Source of the DNA: Ktedonobacterales bacterium | Lineage (GTDB): Bacteria > Chloroflexota > Ktedonobacteria > Ktedonobacterales > JADMIN01 | Reading direction: 5' to 3' | DNA length: 32,000 nt | Assembly: GCA_030167145.1 (NCBI GenBank) | Contig: CP126532.1 | Span: forward strand, 4,440,001-4,472,000 | In this document: piece after piece, positions 8,382-17,477 of the stretch | Layout: each line of letters opens with the position of its first letter | Position numbering within the stretch: position 1 is the stretch's first letter | Position numbers and translations under genes: made by a program | The notes under the pieces: generated by a model | What the model was told of the DNA's origin: nothing | Database searches by the model: none | What the model saw: the letters and a program-made list of their open reading frames with translations, nothing else

Positions 8382-9200
8382 TCACGCTCTTGACTGAAAC
8401 AGCGCCGTAGGCCCATACTTCGCGACGATCCGCAACAGCGCGCGTTCGCCATACTCAGCGGGCGCGTACACGAAGGCGTCATCGGGCAGCACTACATCTC
8501 GCGCGGGCTGGTATGCTACTGTCGGCAGCGCCAGCAGTTCCGCCAGCGCCGCGCCGCGCATCACCAGCCGCAACGCCGCTGGCGCGAGCCACAGCACACC
8601 CGATGCCCCGTCACCCGCTTGCGGCTCGCCACTGAGCGCAGCCCGATATGCCCGTACAATGGCCCGTTGCATGCGCGGTATCCCTCGGCCATTCTCAGCA
8701 TCCGGTAGGCTAGAGGCCGGTGGGCCAGACATTCCCGCCGGTGGGCCAGACATTCCCGCCAGTGGGCCAGACATTCCCGCCAGTGGGCCAGACATTCCCG
8801 CCAGTGGGCCAGACATTCCTGTCTGGCGCTGGCTGGGGTCGTTGATCTGCTCCACCGGCGCGCGCCGTTCCACGCGCAGCAGCGGCAGCGGCGCATCCTC
8901 GCCTGATGTGGGCAGCCGGTCAATCGCATGCTCAGCCGACGCCCCATACAAGTGCTCGCTGGGCAGCACATCAACGGGCACACCGAGCCAGCGCCGGCCA
9001 AGCGCCACAGCCGTCACAGCAGACGCGACACCCGGTTCCACGGTTCCAGCAGGCAGCGTGGCGGGAATCAGCGTGTAGCCCGAAATCGCCCGCCACGTCT
9101 CAACGCCGCCCAGCAGCAGCGTGATGCGCCCGCTGTGCGCCACCACCAGCGAGACGAGCAGCAACTGTGCTATATCAGCATCAACGCCTGGCTCCGACAT
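8382..9200 (-). CDS. hypothetical protein with internal GMSGP(L/P)A heptapeptide repeats
   Basis: ORF 8382-9350. The upstream part overlaps the acyl-CoA synthetase gene, so I prefer the ATG at 9200 (MSEPGVDADIAQ...), preceded by CAGGGAG. It lies 29 nt downstream of the acs stop on the same strand and is probably co-transcribed. I recognise no family. A vague degenerate NUDIX-like pattern is speculation only. Confidence 0.6.
   Translation of the reverse strand: MSEPGVDADIAQLLLVSLVVAHSGRITLLLGGVETWRAISGYTLIPATLPAGTVEPGVASAVTAVALGRRWLGVPVDVLPSEHLYGASAEHAIDRLPTSGEDAPLPLLRVERRAPVEQINDPSQRQTGMSGPLAGMSGPLAGMSGPLAGMSGPPAGMSGPPASSLPDAENGRGIPRMQRAIVRAYRAALSGEPQAGDGASGVLWLAPAALRLVMRGAALAELLALPTVAYQPARDVVLPDDAFVYAPAEYGERALLRIVAKYGPTALFQSRA
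8717..8821 (-). repeat. 21-bp tandem repeat x5, in frame within the 8382-9200 CDS
   Basis: Plus strand reads ccggtgggccagacattcccg x2, then ccagtgggccagacattcccg x2, then ccagtgggccagacattcctg x1. On the coding strand this encodes GMSGPLA x3 and GMSGPPA x2. Confidence 0.95.
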
Positions 9201-9229
9201 AGATCGCGCTCCCTGAGCCACGCGCGCCG

Positions 9230-10978
9230 CTACGCCGTTTGGATCCTCGCGGCGTTCTGCAAGCCCAGCTCCTGAATAGACTCTTGCCGCATCAGGAACT
9301 TCTGAATCTTCCCCGTGACGGTCATCGGGAAGGCGTCCACGAATTTCCAATAGCGCGGAATCTTAAAGGTGGCGATCTGGCCGCGACAGAAGTCTTGCAT
9401 CTCCTCCGCCGTGGCGCTCTGCCCCTCCTTCAGCTTGACCCACGCCATCAATTCCTCACCATATTTGGCGTCGGGCACGCCGATCACCTGCACGTCGCTC
9501 ACCTTGGGATGCTGGTAGAGGAACTCTTCGATCTCGCGCGGATAGACGTTCTCGCCGCCGCGTATCACCATATCTTTCAGCCGCCCGACGATATTGACGT
9601 AGCCCTCATCGTCCATCGTCGCCAGGTCGCCAGTATGCATCCAGCGCGCCTGGTCAATCGCGTTGCGCGTGGCCTCCTCATTATTCCAGTAGCCAAGCAT
9701 CACGCAGTAGCCCCGCGTCAGTAGCTCGCCTGCCTCGCCAACGGGCACCACCTGCCCGGTCGCCGGATCAATCAGCTTCACCTCCGTATGCGGCGACACC
9801 TGTCCAACGGTGGCTACCCGCTTCTCGACCGGATCGTTCAGCCGCGTCTGAAACGAAACTGGGCTGGTCTCGGTCATGCCGTAGCAGATCTCCACCTCGC
9901 GCATGTGCATCTTATCAATGACCTGCTTCATCACTTCGGTGGGGCAAGGCGAGCCAGCCATCACGCCGGTTCGCAGTGTGCTCAAATCATACGTGTCGAA
10001 ATCTGGATGCGCCAGTTCGCCAATGAACATCGTCGGCACACCATAGAGCGCGGTACAACGCTCCGCCTGTACAGTATCCAGCACCGCTTTCGCGTCGAAG
10101 GCCTCAGCCGGGTACACAATCGTCGCGCCATGCGTCATGCACCCCAGGTTGGCCATCACACAGCCGAAGCAGTGATACAGCGGCACCGGCACACACAGCC
10201 GGTCGCGCTCGGTAAATCCTTGCAGCCGCGCCACCAAGTAGCCATTGTTGAGGATGTTGTGATGGCTGAGCGTCGCGCCCTTGGGGTTGCCGGTCGTCCC
10301 GCTGGTGTACTGGATATTGGCCGGGTCGTCGAACTCCTGCTCCGACTGCCGCTGCGCCAGCGCCTCCGGCGACACTTCCTTGGCGCGCTCCATCACCTCG
10401 CTCCAGACCCACATCCCCGCCGTGCGTTGCTCGCCCAGGCGAATCACATGGCGCAGGCTGGGCGCTTTGTGCGCATCGAGTTGCCCCGGCGCGCAGCGCT
10501 CCAGCTCCGGGCACAGCGTTAGCAGCATGTCCAGATAGCTCGTCGCGCGGAAGTTTGGCGCCACCACCAGCGTATTACAGCCAGACTGATTGAGCGCGTA
10601 TTCTAGCTCGTGCAGACGGTACGCTGGATTGATGTTGACCAGAATCGCGCCCGCCTTGGCGCAGGCAAACTGCGTGATCGTCCACTCCGCGCAGTTCGGC
10701 GCCCAGATGCCCACGCGGTCGCCTTTGCGAATACCCAGCGCCATCAGCGCGCGGGCGAAGCGGTTCACCTCGTCGCGCAGCTCCGTCCACGTATAGCGCA
10801 GCCCCTGATGACGCGAGATCAGCGCCTCGCGGTCGGGGAAGCGCGCCGTCGTGCTATCCAGCGCATCGCCGATGGTCATGCCGAGCAGCGGCGTGTCGCT
10901 GGTGCCGCTCGTATAGCTCCATTTCGCGGAGCCTCGGTCAACGCTGTGTGCCGAGGATGCGGTCTGTGCCTGCGTCAT
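9230..10978 (-). CDS. AMP-dependent acyl-CoA synthetase/ligase (ACSF2/YngI-like medium/long-chain)
   Basis: ORF 9230-11083. I prefer the ATG at 10978, preceded by AGGAGGA. The AMP-binding signature [18 protein letters not shown] is present, along with the downstream motifs GYGMTE-like (CYGMTETSP), TGDLA and the GKIQK lysine. Confidence 0.9.
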   Translation of the reverse strand: MTQAQTASSAHSVDRGSAKWSYTSGTSDTPLLGMTIGDALDSTTARFPDREALISRHQGLRYTWTELRDEVNRFARALMALGIRKGDRVGIWAPNCAEWTITQFACAKAGAILVNINPAYRLHELEYALNQSGCNTLVVAPNFRATSYLDMLLTLCPELERCAPGQLDAHKAPSLRHVIRLGEQRTAGMWVWSEVMERAKEVSPEALAQRQSEQEFDDPANIQYTSGTTGNPKGATLSHHNILNNGYLVARLQGFTERDRLCVPVPLYHCFGCVMANLGCMTHGATIVYPAEAFDAKAVLDTVQAERCTALYGVPTMFIGELAHPDFDTYDLSTLRTGVMAGSPCPTEVMKQVIDKMHMREVEICYGMTETSPVSFQTRLNDPVEKRVATVGQVSPHTEVKLIDPATGQVVPVGEAGELLTRGYCVMLGYWNNEEATRNAIDQARWMHTGDLATMDDEGYVNIVGRLKDMVIRGGENVYPREIEEFLYQHPKVSDVQVIGVPDAKYGEELMAWVKLKEGQSATAEEMQDFCRGQIATFKIPRYWKFVDAFPMTVTGKIQKFLMRQESIQELGLQNAARIQTA

Positions 10979-11113
10979 GGGGAATCCTCCTGAGCGTATG
11001 GTCTCGCTGACAATGGGAGTGCGACGCGCGACGGGGCTACCTATCTCCGCCCCGTGTAAACCATTTTGCTCGCAAGAAGACACATCCTGTCAACGTAAGG
11101 GCAAGTCTTATGC

Positions 11114-11797
11114 TCAGGTCTGGAGATCGGCTGAAAGTTCCTGCAACTCATCACTCCCCAGGAGCGTGGTTTCGGGAAATCTGTCCTTCCAGACAGCCTG
11201 CACATCATGCAAGATAGTGACCTTCCGAGCAAGGGATAGCCCGTCGGCAGTGAGATCCGTCCTTACCCAGTAGGCAAAGTTAAGTTGAACGGCAACCCGC
11301 TGTACCAGAACCTCCAAGACGAAGTCCATGCCGTTGTATTGGCAGATTCGCTCTAACAGCGGCAGTTGTTCGCGTGCAGAGCGGCCTTTGAGCATCATGG
11401 GCTGCGGAAGCGGACCGCTATACCCCGCACCGTAGTGCGCACTCACTAGGGCAATCGGACCGACAAGGTGCTGATTGAACTCCTCAAGCTGTTCTGCCGG
11501 AACCCACCACTCGCGATGCACGGCGCTCCCCACTACGTGCGCCTTGAATCGGGCGGCGTACTTCGCATCAACCTGGAACTGGGTGACAAAGCCTGCATAG
11601 CCAGCGATGGCACTGGGAGCATTCCAGCCCTGAGTAATCTGCTCAGCATATTCGCGCGTCAGCATGGGATAAAAGATCGGCTGTTCAGGGAGGCGAGGCG
11701 GAAAGCGCGCAGCACCGGCTTCCAAGATAGCGACAACCTCTCCTAAGCCTACGGGGCGATAGAGCGTTCGTACCTTGCCCTGGGCAGATTTGGCCAT
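11114..11797 (-). CDS. hypothetical protein (low-GC islet gene A)
   Basis: ORF 11114-11830. I prefer the ATG at 11797, preceded by AAAGGGG. The distinctive N-terminal segment is LYRPVGLGEVVAILEAGAARFPPRLPEQPIFYPMLTREYAEQITQGWN. I cannot assign a family from memory. Confidence 0.6.
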   Translation of the reverse strand: MAKSAQGKVRTLYRPVGLGEVVAILEAGAARFPPRLPEQPIFYPMLTREYAEQITQGWNAPSAIAGYAGFVTQFQVDAKYAARFKAHVVGSAVHREWWVPAEQLEEFNQHLVGPIALVSAHYGAGYSGPLPQPMMLKGRSAREQLPLLERICQYNGMDFVLEVLVQRVAVQLNFAYWVRTDLTADGLSLARKVTILHDVQAVWKDRFPETTLLGSDELQELSADLQT

Positions 11798-11977
11798 CCG
11801 CGTACCCCTTTCACTCGCTGGTGTTATCAAATTCGCCCGCCCCTCCGCGGTTAGGAATAGCTCTACCAGCTCCTAAAGCGCGTTGCCTGCCAGTGGCCTG
11901 CTCATATGTTCAGTTTACCGCACGCTACTGGATTTCGTCAGGTACTCTTAAAGAGAAGAACCTGAGAACCATCCAGT

Positions 11978-12964
11978 GTGACTGAGGCAGTTGAAACTAT
12001 GAGTAGCTTTTTGGAACGTTATCAGCTTGGTGAGTGTGAAGTTGTATGGGATGAACTGATGTCGCTAGGCAAGGCAGTGCGAAAAGGTTCTGTCTTGCCA
12101 GATGCGCTTGCGGTCGCACGGGAAACAATGCGGCGTGTATTGCACAATCTCGAAACGCTGATTCCACGACTTCGACACCTTGGATACGAATTCGGATATG
12201 GATGGATTCAGCCTTCTAGCACGCAATCATTTAGCCGGGAGCAACGTCAACAGTACTTGGAAATGATGGAGTGGGCAGCCAAACAAACTCCTATTTTAAG
12301 CGTCGCCACTGATCTTCAGAAGAAGTTAGCGAGTGACATTGAGCGATTGGAATATCTTCGCCAGATAGGCGCATCGCCGCTGCTCATCGAGAAGGGTCAG
12401 CACTATTTTGCAGAGTTAGAAGCGCAACGTCACAGAGATCTTGATGAGTTAGAGCAGGCGTCTGAAATGCTGCCGTTATCGGCCTACGCCTGGTATGAAT
12501 CTATTGGTAGCGTCAACTTCACTGGCCAGCAAGCGAGGTGGCTCAGGTATCTCACAGATGAGGACACAACAGGGTCTATTACCGAGCAAATCTATGACCA
12601 ACAGGGATCTGTTCATCCATTTCATCACTTGGAGCCACTGCACGTGTATCCGCTCCAGGGAAAGCGATTACGAGACTATCGAACTTCAATAACTAACAGT
12701 GAAGATAGGAATCCGACTTCGTTGCCACTCATGCCAAACGCGTTTGGAACCTATGCCCAGATGAGCCAAGATGCCTTTGATTATGAGATCGTCATTCCAT
12801 CCGCCGCTGCTGATGCACCGCTGTTATATGAAATGCATCACACCACGTTCGTAAGTTATCTGAGAAACTGTCTGCGCTGGGGTGGTTTTCCAGGCTGGGA
12901 GCAGATACCATCTCGACCTGATGAAGACATTGCCTTTTTGACACGAGATTTGCTCCAGATTTGA
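11978..12964 (+). CDS. hypothetical protein (low-GC islet gene B)
   Basis: 328-aa ORF from GTG 11978, with an alternative ATG at 11999 (MSSFLERYQLGECEVVWDELMSLGK...). It is visibly more AT-rich than its neighbours. I recognise no family and see no TM segment or signal peptide. Confidence 0.6.
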   Translation: MTEAVETMSSFLERYQLGECEVVWDELMSLGKAVRKGSVLPDALAVARETMRRVLHNLETLIPRLRHLGYEFGYGWIQPSSTQSFSREQRQQYLEMMEWAAKQTPILSVATDLQKKLASDIERLEYLRQIGASPLLIEKGQHYFAELEAQRHRDLDELEQASEMLPLSAYAWYESIGSVNFTGQQARWLRYLTDEDTTGSITEQIYDQQGSVHPFHHLEPLHVYPLQGKRLRDYRTSITNSEDRNPTSLPLMPNAFGTYAQMSQDAFDYEIVIPSAAADAPLLYEMHHTTFVSYLRNCLRWGGFPGWEQIPSRPDEDIAFLTRDLLQI

Positions 12965-12987
12965 ACGGGATTCAAGCCATAAGAAAT

Positions 12988-13013
12988 GCCCCCTCCCATC
13001 GCTGGGAAGGGGC
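12988..13013 (-). terminator. hairpin between convergent genes; likely terminator for the aldehyde dehydrogenase gene
   Basis: GCCCCCTCCCA tcgc TGGGAAGGGGC forms an 11-bp stem with one mismatch. On the minus strand it is followed by AUUUCUUAU. Confidence 0.5.
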
Positions 13014-13029
13014 AGGCGTCTGGTTCTGA

Positions 13030-14532
13030 CTACTTCACATCTGGATACGAGACGAACACCGTCTTGATTTCGCTGAACTCCTCCACTGCCTTGTGGCCAA
13101 GCTCGCGGTGTCCGTTGCCGCTCTGCTTCACGCCGCCGAACGGCAGGTGCGGCTCAGCGCCGGTCGTCCCCGCATTGACATACACCAGGCCCGACTGAAT
13201 ATCGCGCATCGCGCGGAAGACCGTGCGCGCATTCTCCGTGAAGATCGCGCACGAGAGGCCGTAGATCGTCGAGTTCGCCGCGCGAATCGCCTCATCGTAG
13301 TCGCGCACCGGAATGATCGCGACCACTGGCCCGAAGATCTCCTCCTGCGCGATCCGCATATCCGACCGCGTATCCGTGAAAATCGTCGGCGCGTAAAACG
13401 CCCCGCCCGCCAGTTCACCATCCGTCACCGGATGTCCGCCAGCGACCAGCGTCGCGCCTTCGCTCTTGCCGATCTCCACGTACTCATGCACCGCCGTCAC
13501 TCGTCCTTCGTTCACCAGCGGCCCCATGTCGGTCTCCGGCAGCAGCCCATCGCCCAGGCGCAGCTTCGCCGCCGTTGCCGCTAGCTTCTCCGCGAACGCG
13601 CCCGCCACCTTCTCATGCACGATCACGCGGCTCGTCGCCGTGCAGCGCTGGCCCGTCGTGCCGAAGCCCGCCCACGAGACCGCCGCCACCGCCTCATCCA
13701 GGTTGGCGTCATCCATTACGATCACCGCGTTCTTGCCGCCAAGCTCCAGGCTGCATCGCTTCAGGTCGCGCCCACATAGCTCAGCGACGTGCTTGCCCAC
13801 CTCAGTCGAACCCGTCAGCGAGATCATCGCCACGCGCGGATCCGTCACCAGCGCATCGCCCAGCGTGCCGCCTGGCCCGGTGATGAAGTTCAGCACACCA
13901 GCAGGCACGCCCGCCTCGATCAACGCCTCCACTAGCGCCGCCGACGACAGTGGCGTGTCGCTCGCCGGCTTGAGCACCACGGTATTGCCCGCCAGCAGCG
14001 CCGGGAACGTCTTCCACGCCGGAATCGCCATCGGGAAGTTCCACGGCGTGATGATGCCCACCACCCCCAGTGGCTGGCGGAATGTCATGCACATCTTGTC
14101 GGGAATTGCCGAGGGCACCGTCTCACCCTCCGCCCGGCGTCCTTCGCCCGCCACGTACTTGCCGAAGTCAATCGCCGTCTGCAAGTCGCCCTGCGTCTCC
14201 TTGACCGGCTTGCCCATCTCGCGCGTCATCTGTGCCGCCAGCCGGTCGCGGTCGCGCTCCAGAATCAGCGCCGCCTTTAAGATGATCTCGCCGCGCGCCG
14301 GAGCAGGCAGATCGCGCCACGCGGCGAACGCCTCGTATGCCGCGCTGACCGCCGCATCCACGTCCGCGAGCGTCGAACGCTGGAAGCGCGCGACCACGTC
14401 GCTGCGCCGCGCCGGATTGATGTTATCGAAGGTCGCGCCCGAAGCCGATGGCCGCCATTCGCCGCCGATATAGTTCAGATAGGTCTTTGGCTCCGCGCTC
14501 GTCGCCGTTCCCGCTGTCGTTGCTGCCGCCAT
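13030..14532 (-). CDS. NAD(P)+-dependent aldehyde dehydrogenase family protein
   Basis: ORF 13030-14637. I prefer the ATG at 14532, preceded by AAAGGAGAG. ALDH hallmarks are present: YIGGEW, FPMAIPAWK, the catalytic Glu region LELGGKN, the catalytic Cys region GQRCTA, and EEIFGPV. Confidence 0.9.
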   Translation of the reverse strand: MAAATTAGTATSAEPKTYLNYIGGEWRPSASGATFDNINPARRSDVVARFQRSTLADVDAAVSAAYEAFAAWRDLPAPARGEIILKAALILERDRDRLAAQMTREMGKPVKETQGDLQTAIDFGKYVAGEGRRAEGETVPSAIPDKMCMTFRQPLGVVGIITPWNFPMAIPAWKTFPALLAGNTVVLKPASDTPLSSAALVEALIEAGVPAGVLNFITGPGGTLGDALVTDPRVAMISLTGSTEVGKHVAELCGRDLKRCSLELGGKNAVIVMDDANLDEAVAAVSWAGFGTTGQRCTATSRVIVHEKVAGAFAEKLAATAAKLRLGDGLLPETDMGPLVNEGRVTAVHEYVEIGKSEGATLVAGGHPVTDGELAGGAFYAPTIFTDTRSDMRIAQEEIFGPVVAIIPVRDYDEAIRAANSTIYGLSCAIFTENARTVFRAMRDIQSGLVYVNAGTTGAEPHLPFGGVKQSGNGHRELGHKAVEEFSEIKTVFVSYPDVK

Positions 14533-14742
14533 ATCGTCCAAACTCTCCTTTGAGCTTACACCGCGCTCCACCAGCGCCCACCACACGCCCAATGCACACT
14601 GCACTGGGCCAATGGGCACACCTTTGGAGTATAGCATGCGCGGCGCATCCGCCGTCTGGCAAGTCTGCTCCCTTGTTTACCTCGTCCTTGACAGCCTGAT
14701 ATAGTACATCCCAACATCCCCAAACCACAGGAGGCCCATCCC

Positions 14743-15897
14743 ATGCCAAACACCACCACCCTCGAAGCCGCCAGCCACCTCGTCGAGCCATTCCTCACCG
14801 ATCTGCGCGCGCTGGTAGACGTAGATTCCGGCACCTATACGCCCGCTGGCGTCGCCGTCGTCGCCGATTATCTGCAACCGCGCTTCGCCGCGCTCGGCGC
14901 GGCGGTCGAGCGCATAGCGGGCGATCAGATGGGGCCGCAACTCGTCTCGCGACTGCGCGGCCAGGGTCAGGGGCGCGTCTTGCTCATCGGCCACATGGAT
15001 ACCGTCTTCCCCGAAGGCGAGGTGGCGCGGCGTCCCTTCCGGCTGGAAAATGGCCGGGCCTACGGGCCAGGCGTGTTGGATATGAAGAGCGGCCTGCTCG
15101 TCGGCCTCTACGCGCTGCGGCTGCTGCTGGACACCGGCGAGTTGCCCTTCTCTGAACTAACCTTCATCTGCAACAGCGACGAGGAGATCGGCTCGCCAGA
15201 GAGCAAGCCGCTGATCCAACGGCTCGCGCGCGACGTGGACGCCGCATTCGTGCTGGAACCCACCGCCGATGTCGCCGTGCTGAAGGTCGCGCGCAAGGGT
15301 GTGGGCACTTACCGCCTGGATGTGACTGGCGTTTCCTCGCATGCGGGCGTGAAGCCCGAAGATGGGCGCAACGCGATTCTGGAGCTTGCCCACAAAATCA
15401 TCGCCATTCAGGCGCTCAACGGTGCGCTTGACGGCCTGACGCTGAATGTCGGCGTGACTCACGGCGGCGAGCGCCCCAACGTCGTCCCCGATGCCGCCCA
15501 CGCGCTGATAGACATTCGCGTCGCCAGCCCCGACCACACTTCGCGCGTCGAAGACATGCTGCGCCAGATCGCCAGCGACGCCACTATCGCCGGAACAATC
15601 GCCACGATTACCGGACACTTCGCGCATCAGCCTTTTGTGCAGAGCGAGCGCGCCAAACAGCTCTTCGCCCTCGCGGCGGAAGAAGCCGCAGCGTTCGGCC
15701 TGACGCTGCGTGGCGAGGCCACCGGAGGCGGCTCCGATGGCAACACCACCGCCGCGCTCGGCATCCCCACGCTCGACGGCCTCGGCCCGGCGGGCGGCCT
15801 TGCCCACAACCCCGGCGAATATGTCGAAGTCGCCTCCATCGCCCCGCGCATCGCCCTGCTTGCCAGCACCCTCCGCCGCATGGGCGCCTTGTCATAA
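14743..15897 (+). CDS. M20 family metallopeptidase (carboxypeptidase G2-like)
   Basis: 384 aa with RBS AGGAGG. Metal-binding motifs are present: LLIGHMDTVFPEG, NSDEEIGSPES, and the C-terminal GGGSDGN. Confidence 0.85.
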   Translation: MPNTTTLEAASHLVEPFLTDLRALVDVDSGTYTPAGVAVVADYLQPRFAALGAAVERIAGDQMGPQLVSRLRGQGQGRVLLIGHMDTVFPEGEVARRPFRLENGRAYGPGVLDMKSGLLVGLYALRLLLDTGELPFSELTFICNSDEEIGSPESKPLIQRLARDVDAAFVLEPTADVAVLKVARKGVGTYRLDVTGVSSHAGVKPEDGRNAILELAHKIIAIQALNGALDGLTLNVGVTHGGERPNVVPDAAHALIDIRVASPDHTSRVEDMLRQIASDATIAGTIATITGHFAHQPFVQSERAKQLFALAAEEAAAFGLTLRGEATGGGSDGNTTAALGIPTLDGLGPAGGLAHNPGEYVEVASIAPRIALLASTLRRMGALS

Positions 15898-15978
15898 ACG
15901 CGAACGGACCGGAGCTAGTGACTCTTGCCACCGCTCCGGCCCGCTATCTTACTCGTCTATCTGCTGTGCTACACTAGC

Positions 15979-16365
15979 TTACAGGGAACGCCGTCCACGC
16001 CCGCCGCCAACGAACACCTCAGGACTCATCCACGCCAGCACCATGAACAGAATCCACAGGCAGACCATGGCGAACTTGACCAACCAGCCTAGCAGCGCCG
16101 CGCCCCCGCTGAATATCCAGCCTATGATCAAGATGTGGCCGAACAGCCCACCGAAGATGCCCAGCGCCAGCAGCACCAGCGACAGTCCGCCGAAGACGAC
16201 CACCGACTGCATCGCATGGCGGCGCACATTCTCGTTTCTCCGCTCGAAGAGCAGGAAGAATAGCCCGCTGACCCAGCCAAACACGTAGCACAGCACCCGC
16301 TCCAAGCGTTCATCCAGCCCCAGCGAGGTCGGCGCGGAAAGCCGGGCGCGATTGTAGTTGTACAT
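15979..16365 (-). CDS. DUF4870-family small membrane protein
   Basis: 128 aa with RBS AGGAGC. The sequence ERVLCYVFGWVSGLFFLLFERRNENVRRHAMQSVVVFG, followed by further TM segments, matches the DUF4870 pattern as I recall it. Confidence 0.7.
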   Translation of the reverse strand: MYNYNRARLSAPTSLGLDERLERVLCYVFGWVSGLFFLLFERRNENVRRHAMQSVVVFGGLSLVLLALGIFGGLFGHILIIGWIFSGGAALLGWLVKFAMVCLWILFMVLAWMSPEVFVGGGRGRRSL

Positions 16366-16489
16366 CCTGTCGCTCCTGATTGGTTGTCAAATTGGTTGCC
16401 AGCGCGCCGCATCATGTGCGCGCATTGTCTTTCCTCAGTGACTACGCGAGACCCATCCCTCAAGTTGCGTCCCACCGCCCCAATCGGCA

Positions 16490-17164
16490 TCATAGCCCGC
16501 TCATGCCAGCGTCCCCTAACTCCGCACGCAGCAGCGACAGCCATGTCGGATACGCAAACGAGCCTTCCAACGCCAGCGTTGGCGCCACACCGGACCCTAT
16601 TGTATGCGCTACCACGCGACCCAGCGCCCCCTCAAGCTCTGCGGCAACCCCGAACGCCTCATAGCCCACCGTCCACCAACGCGCGTTTCCTACAGTGAGC
16701 GCGGTGAGTTCCAGAGCGCATTGCGTTGCCGCTAGCCCGTCTGTGGCCAGCGTCACCCGATTGCCCTGCGCATCTTCGGCGACCGCGAACCTGGCCACCT
16801 TCCGGCGCTTGGCGACCTCAATCCAGCCGCTGTCGCCTTCCCCACCATGCTCACTGCCCACGATGCGCGCCAACTCGTGATCTCCCGGAGCCACGCCAAA
16901 GCTCCACTTGCGCCAGCGCTCCACCTGACCGGCCACCCGATCACTCCACTGCATCATCCCCAGCTCCCCCACGCGCGTCTTTATTTCCATTGCCGTGGGA
17001 TTGCCACCACGCACCTTCATCCCCGCCGTGCGATCCAGACTCAACAGATAATAGTCTGCCCGATATTCCTCGGCGCCGCTGTCGAGCCATTGCTGAAACC
17101 ATGAAGCAACCGCATCTGGCCGCTGGCCTCTCCCAAACCAGCGCACCTCGACCGTCTCCAGCAT
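16490..17164 (-). CDS. hypothetical protein, possibly CYTH-like (triphosphate tunnel) fold
   Basis: ORF 16490-17377. I prefer the ATG at 17164, preceded by the strong RBS AAGGAGGTG. The product begins MLETVEVRWF. The charged beta-strand motifs VEVRWF, RADYYL, GMKVRGG and MEIKTR resemble the CYTH charge pattern. The functional call is weak. Confidence 0.55.
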   Translation of the reverse strand: MLETVEVRWFGRGQRPDAVASWFQQWLDSGAEEYRADYYLLSLDRTAGMKVRGGNPTAMEIKTRVGELGMMQWSDRVAGQVERWRKWSFGVAPGDHELARIVGSEHGGEGDSGWIEVAKRRKVARFAVAEDAQGNRVTLATDGLAATQCALELTALTVGNARWWTVGYEAFGVAAELEGALGRVVAHTIGSGVAPTLALEGSFAYPTWLSLLRAELGDAGMSGL

Positions 17165-17279
17165 GGCACACCTCCTTCTTGCGCATCCGGCTGACCCGCG
17201 TCCACTCCTTGCGGCGTCGTCGCCCGCGCACCACCTCGTGTCCCTGGTAGGATAGCCCGCGTGATCCTTCGATAGCAAC

Positions 17280-17300
17280 TGCCAAGGCTCATCCTTGGCA
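17280..17300. promoter_or_regulatory. perfect palindrome TGCCAAGG-N5-CCTTGGCA in a divergent intergenic region (candidate operator)
   Basis: 8-bp arms at 17280-17287 and 17293-17300. It lies between the divergently transcribed 16490-17164 (-) and 17478-18092 (+) genes. Confidence 0.35.
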
Positions 17301-17477
17301 TGCGACATGCTTACGATGACGACAGATTGCCAGGCGTCACATCTGGCCCTCCCGACCAGGCGATCACCGTGGCGCATGCTCGCGTCGCGGTCCCGTCATC
17401 GCCCGTCCGGTCTGCCAGACAAACCGCCACCAGCGTCTGGTGGGTGCAGCGCCTCGGCGACGAATGGAGGGAACGAC

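Noticed and set aside
8717-8821. Regular 21-bp repeats considered as a possible CRISPR array
   Set aside because: The units are directly adjacent with no spacers, far shorter than CRISPR repeats, and in frame within a CDS. No cas genes are nearby. This is a coding tandem repeat.
9201-9350. N-terminal 50-aa extension of ORF 8382-9350
   Set aside because: It would overlap the 3' end of the acyl-CoA synthetase gene by about 120 nt. An internal ATG at 9200 with a GGGAG RBS lies in the 29-nt intergenic gap and gives a cleaner model. Analogous N-terminal trimming was applied at 272, 4668, 6416, 11083, 11830, 14637, 17377, 17295, 18288, 23004 and 27760.
11106-12985. Possible terminal inverted repeat of the low-GC islet (TCTTATGC at ~11106-11113 versus GCCATAAGA at ~12977-12985)
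   Set aside because: It is only about 8 bp, imperfect, and easily explained by chance. There are no target-site duplications and no mobility gene, so I do not call a mobile element.
13466-14473. 335-aa plus-strand ORF inside the aldehyde dehydrogenase gene. Similar long antisense ORFs occur at 15157-15807, 29281-30129, 21760-22539, 9788-10522 and 5394-6206.
   Set aside because: All lie antisense or out of frame within genes that have strong family signatures. Their products are Ser/Pro/Arg/Ala-rich, low-complexity artefacts of GC3 bias.
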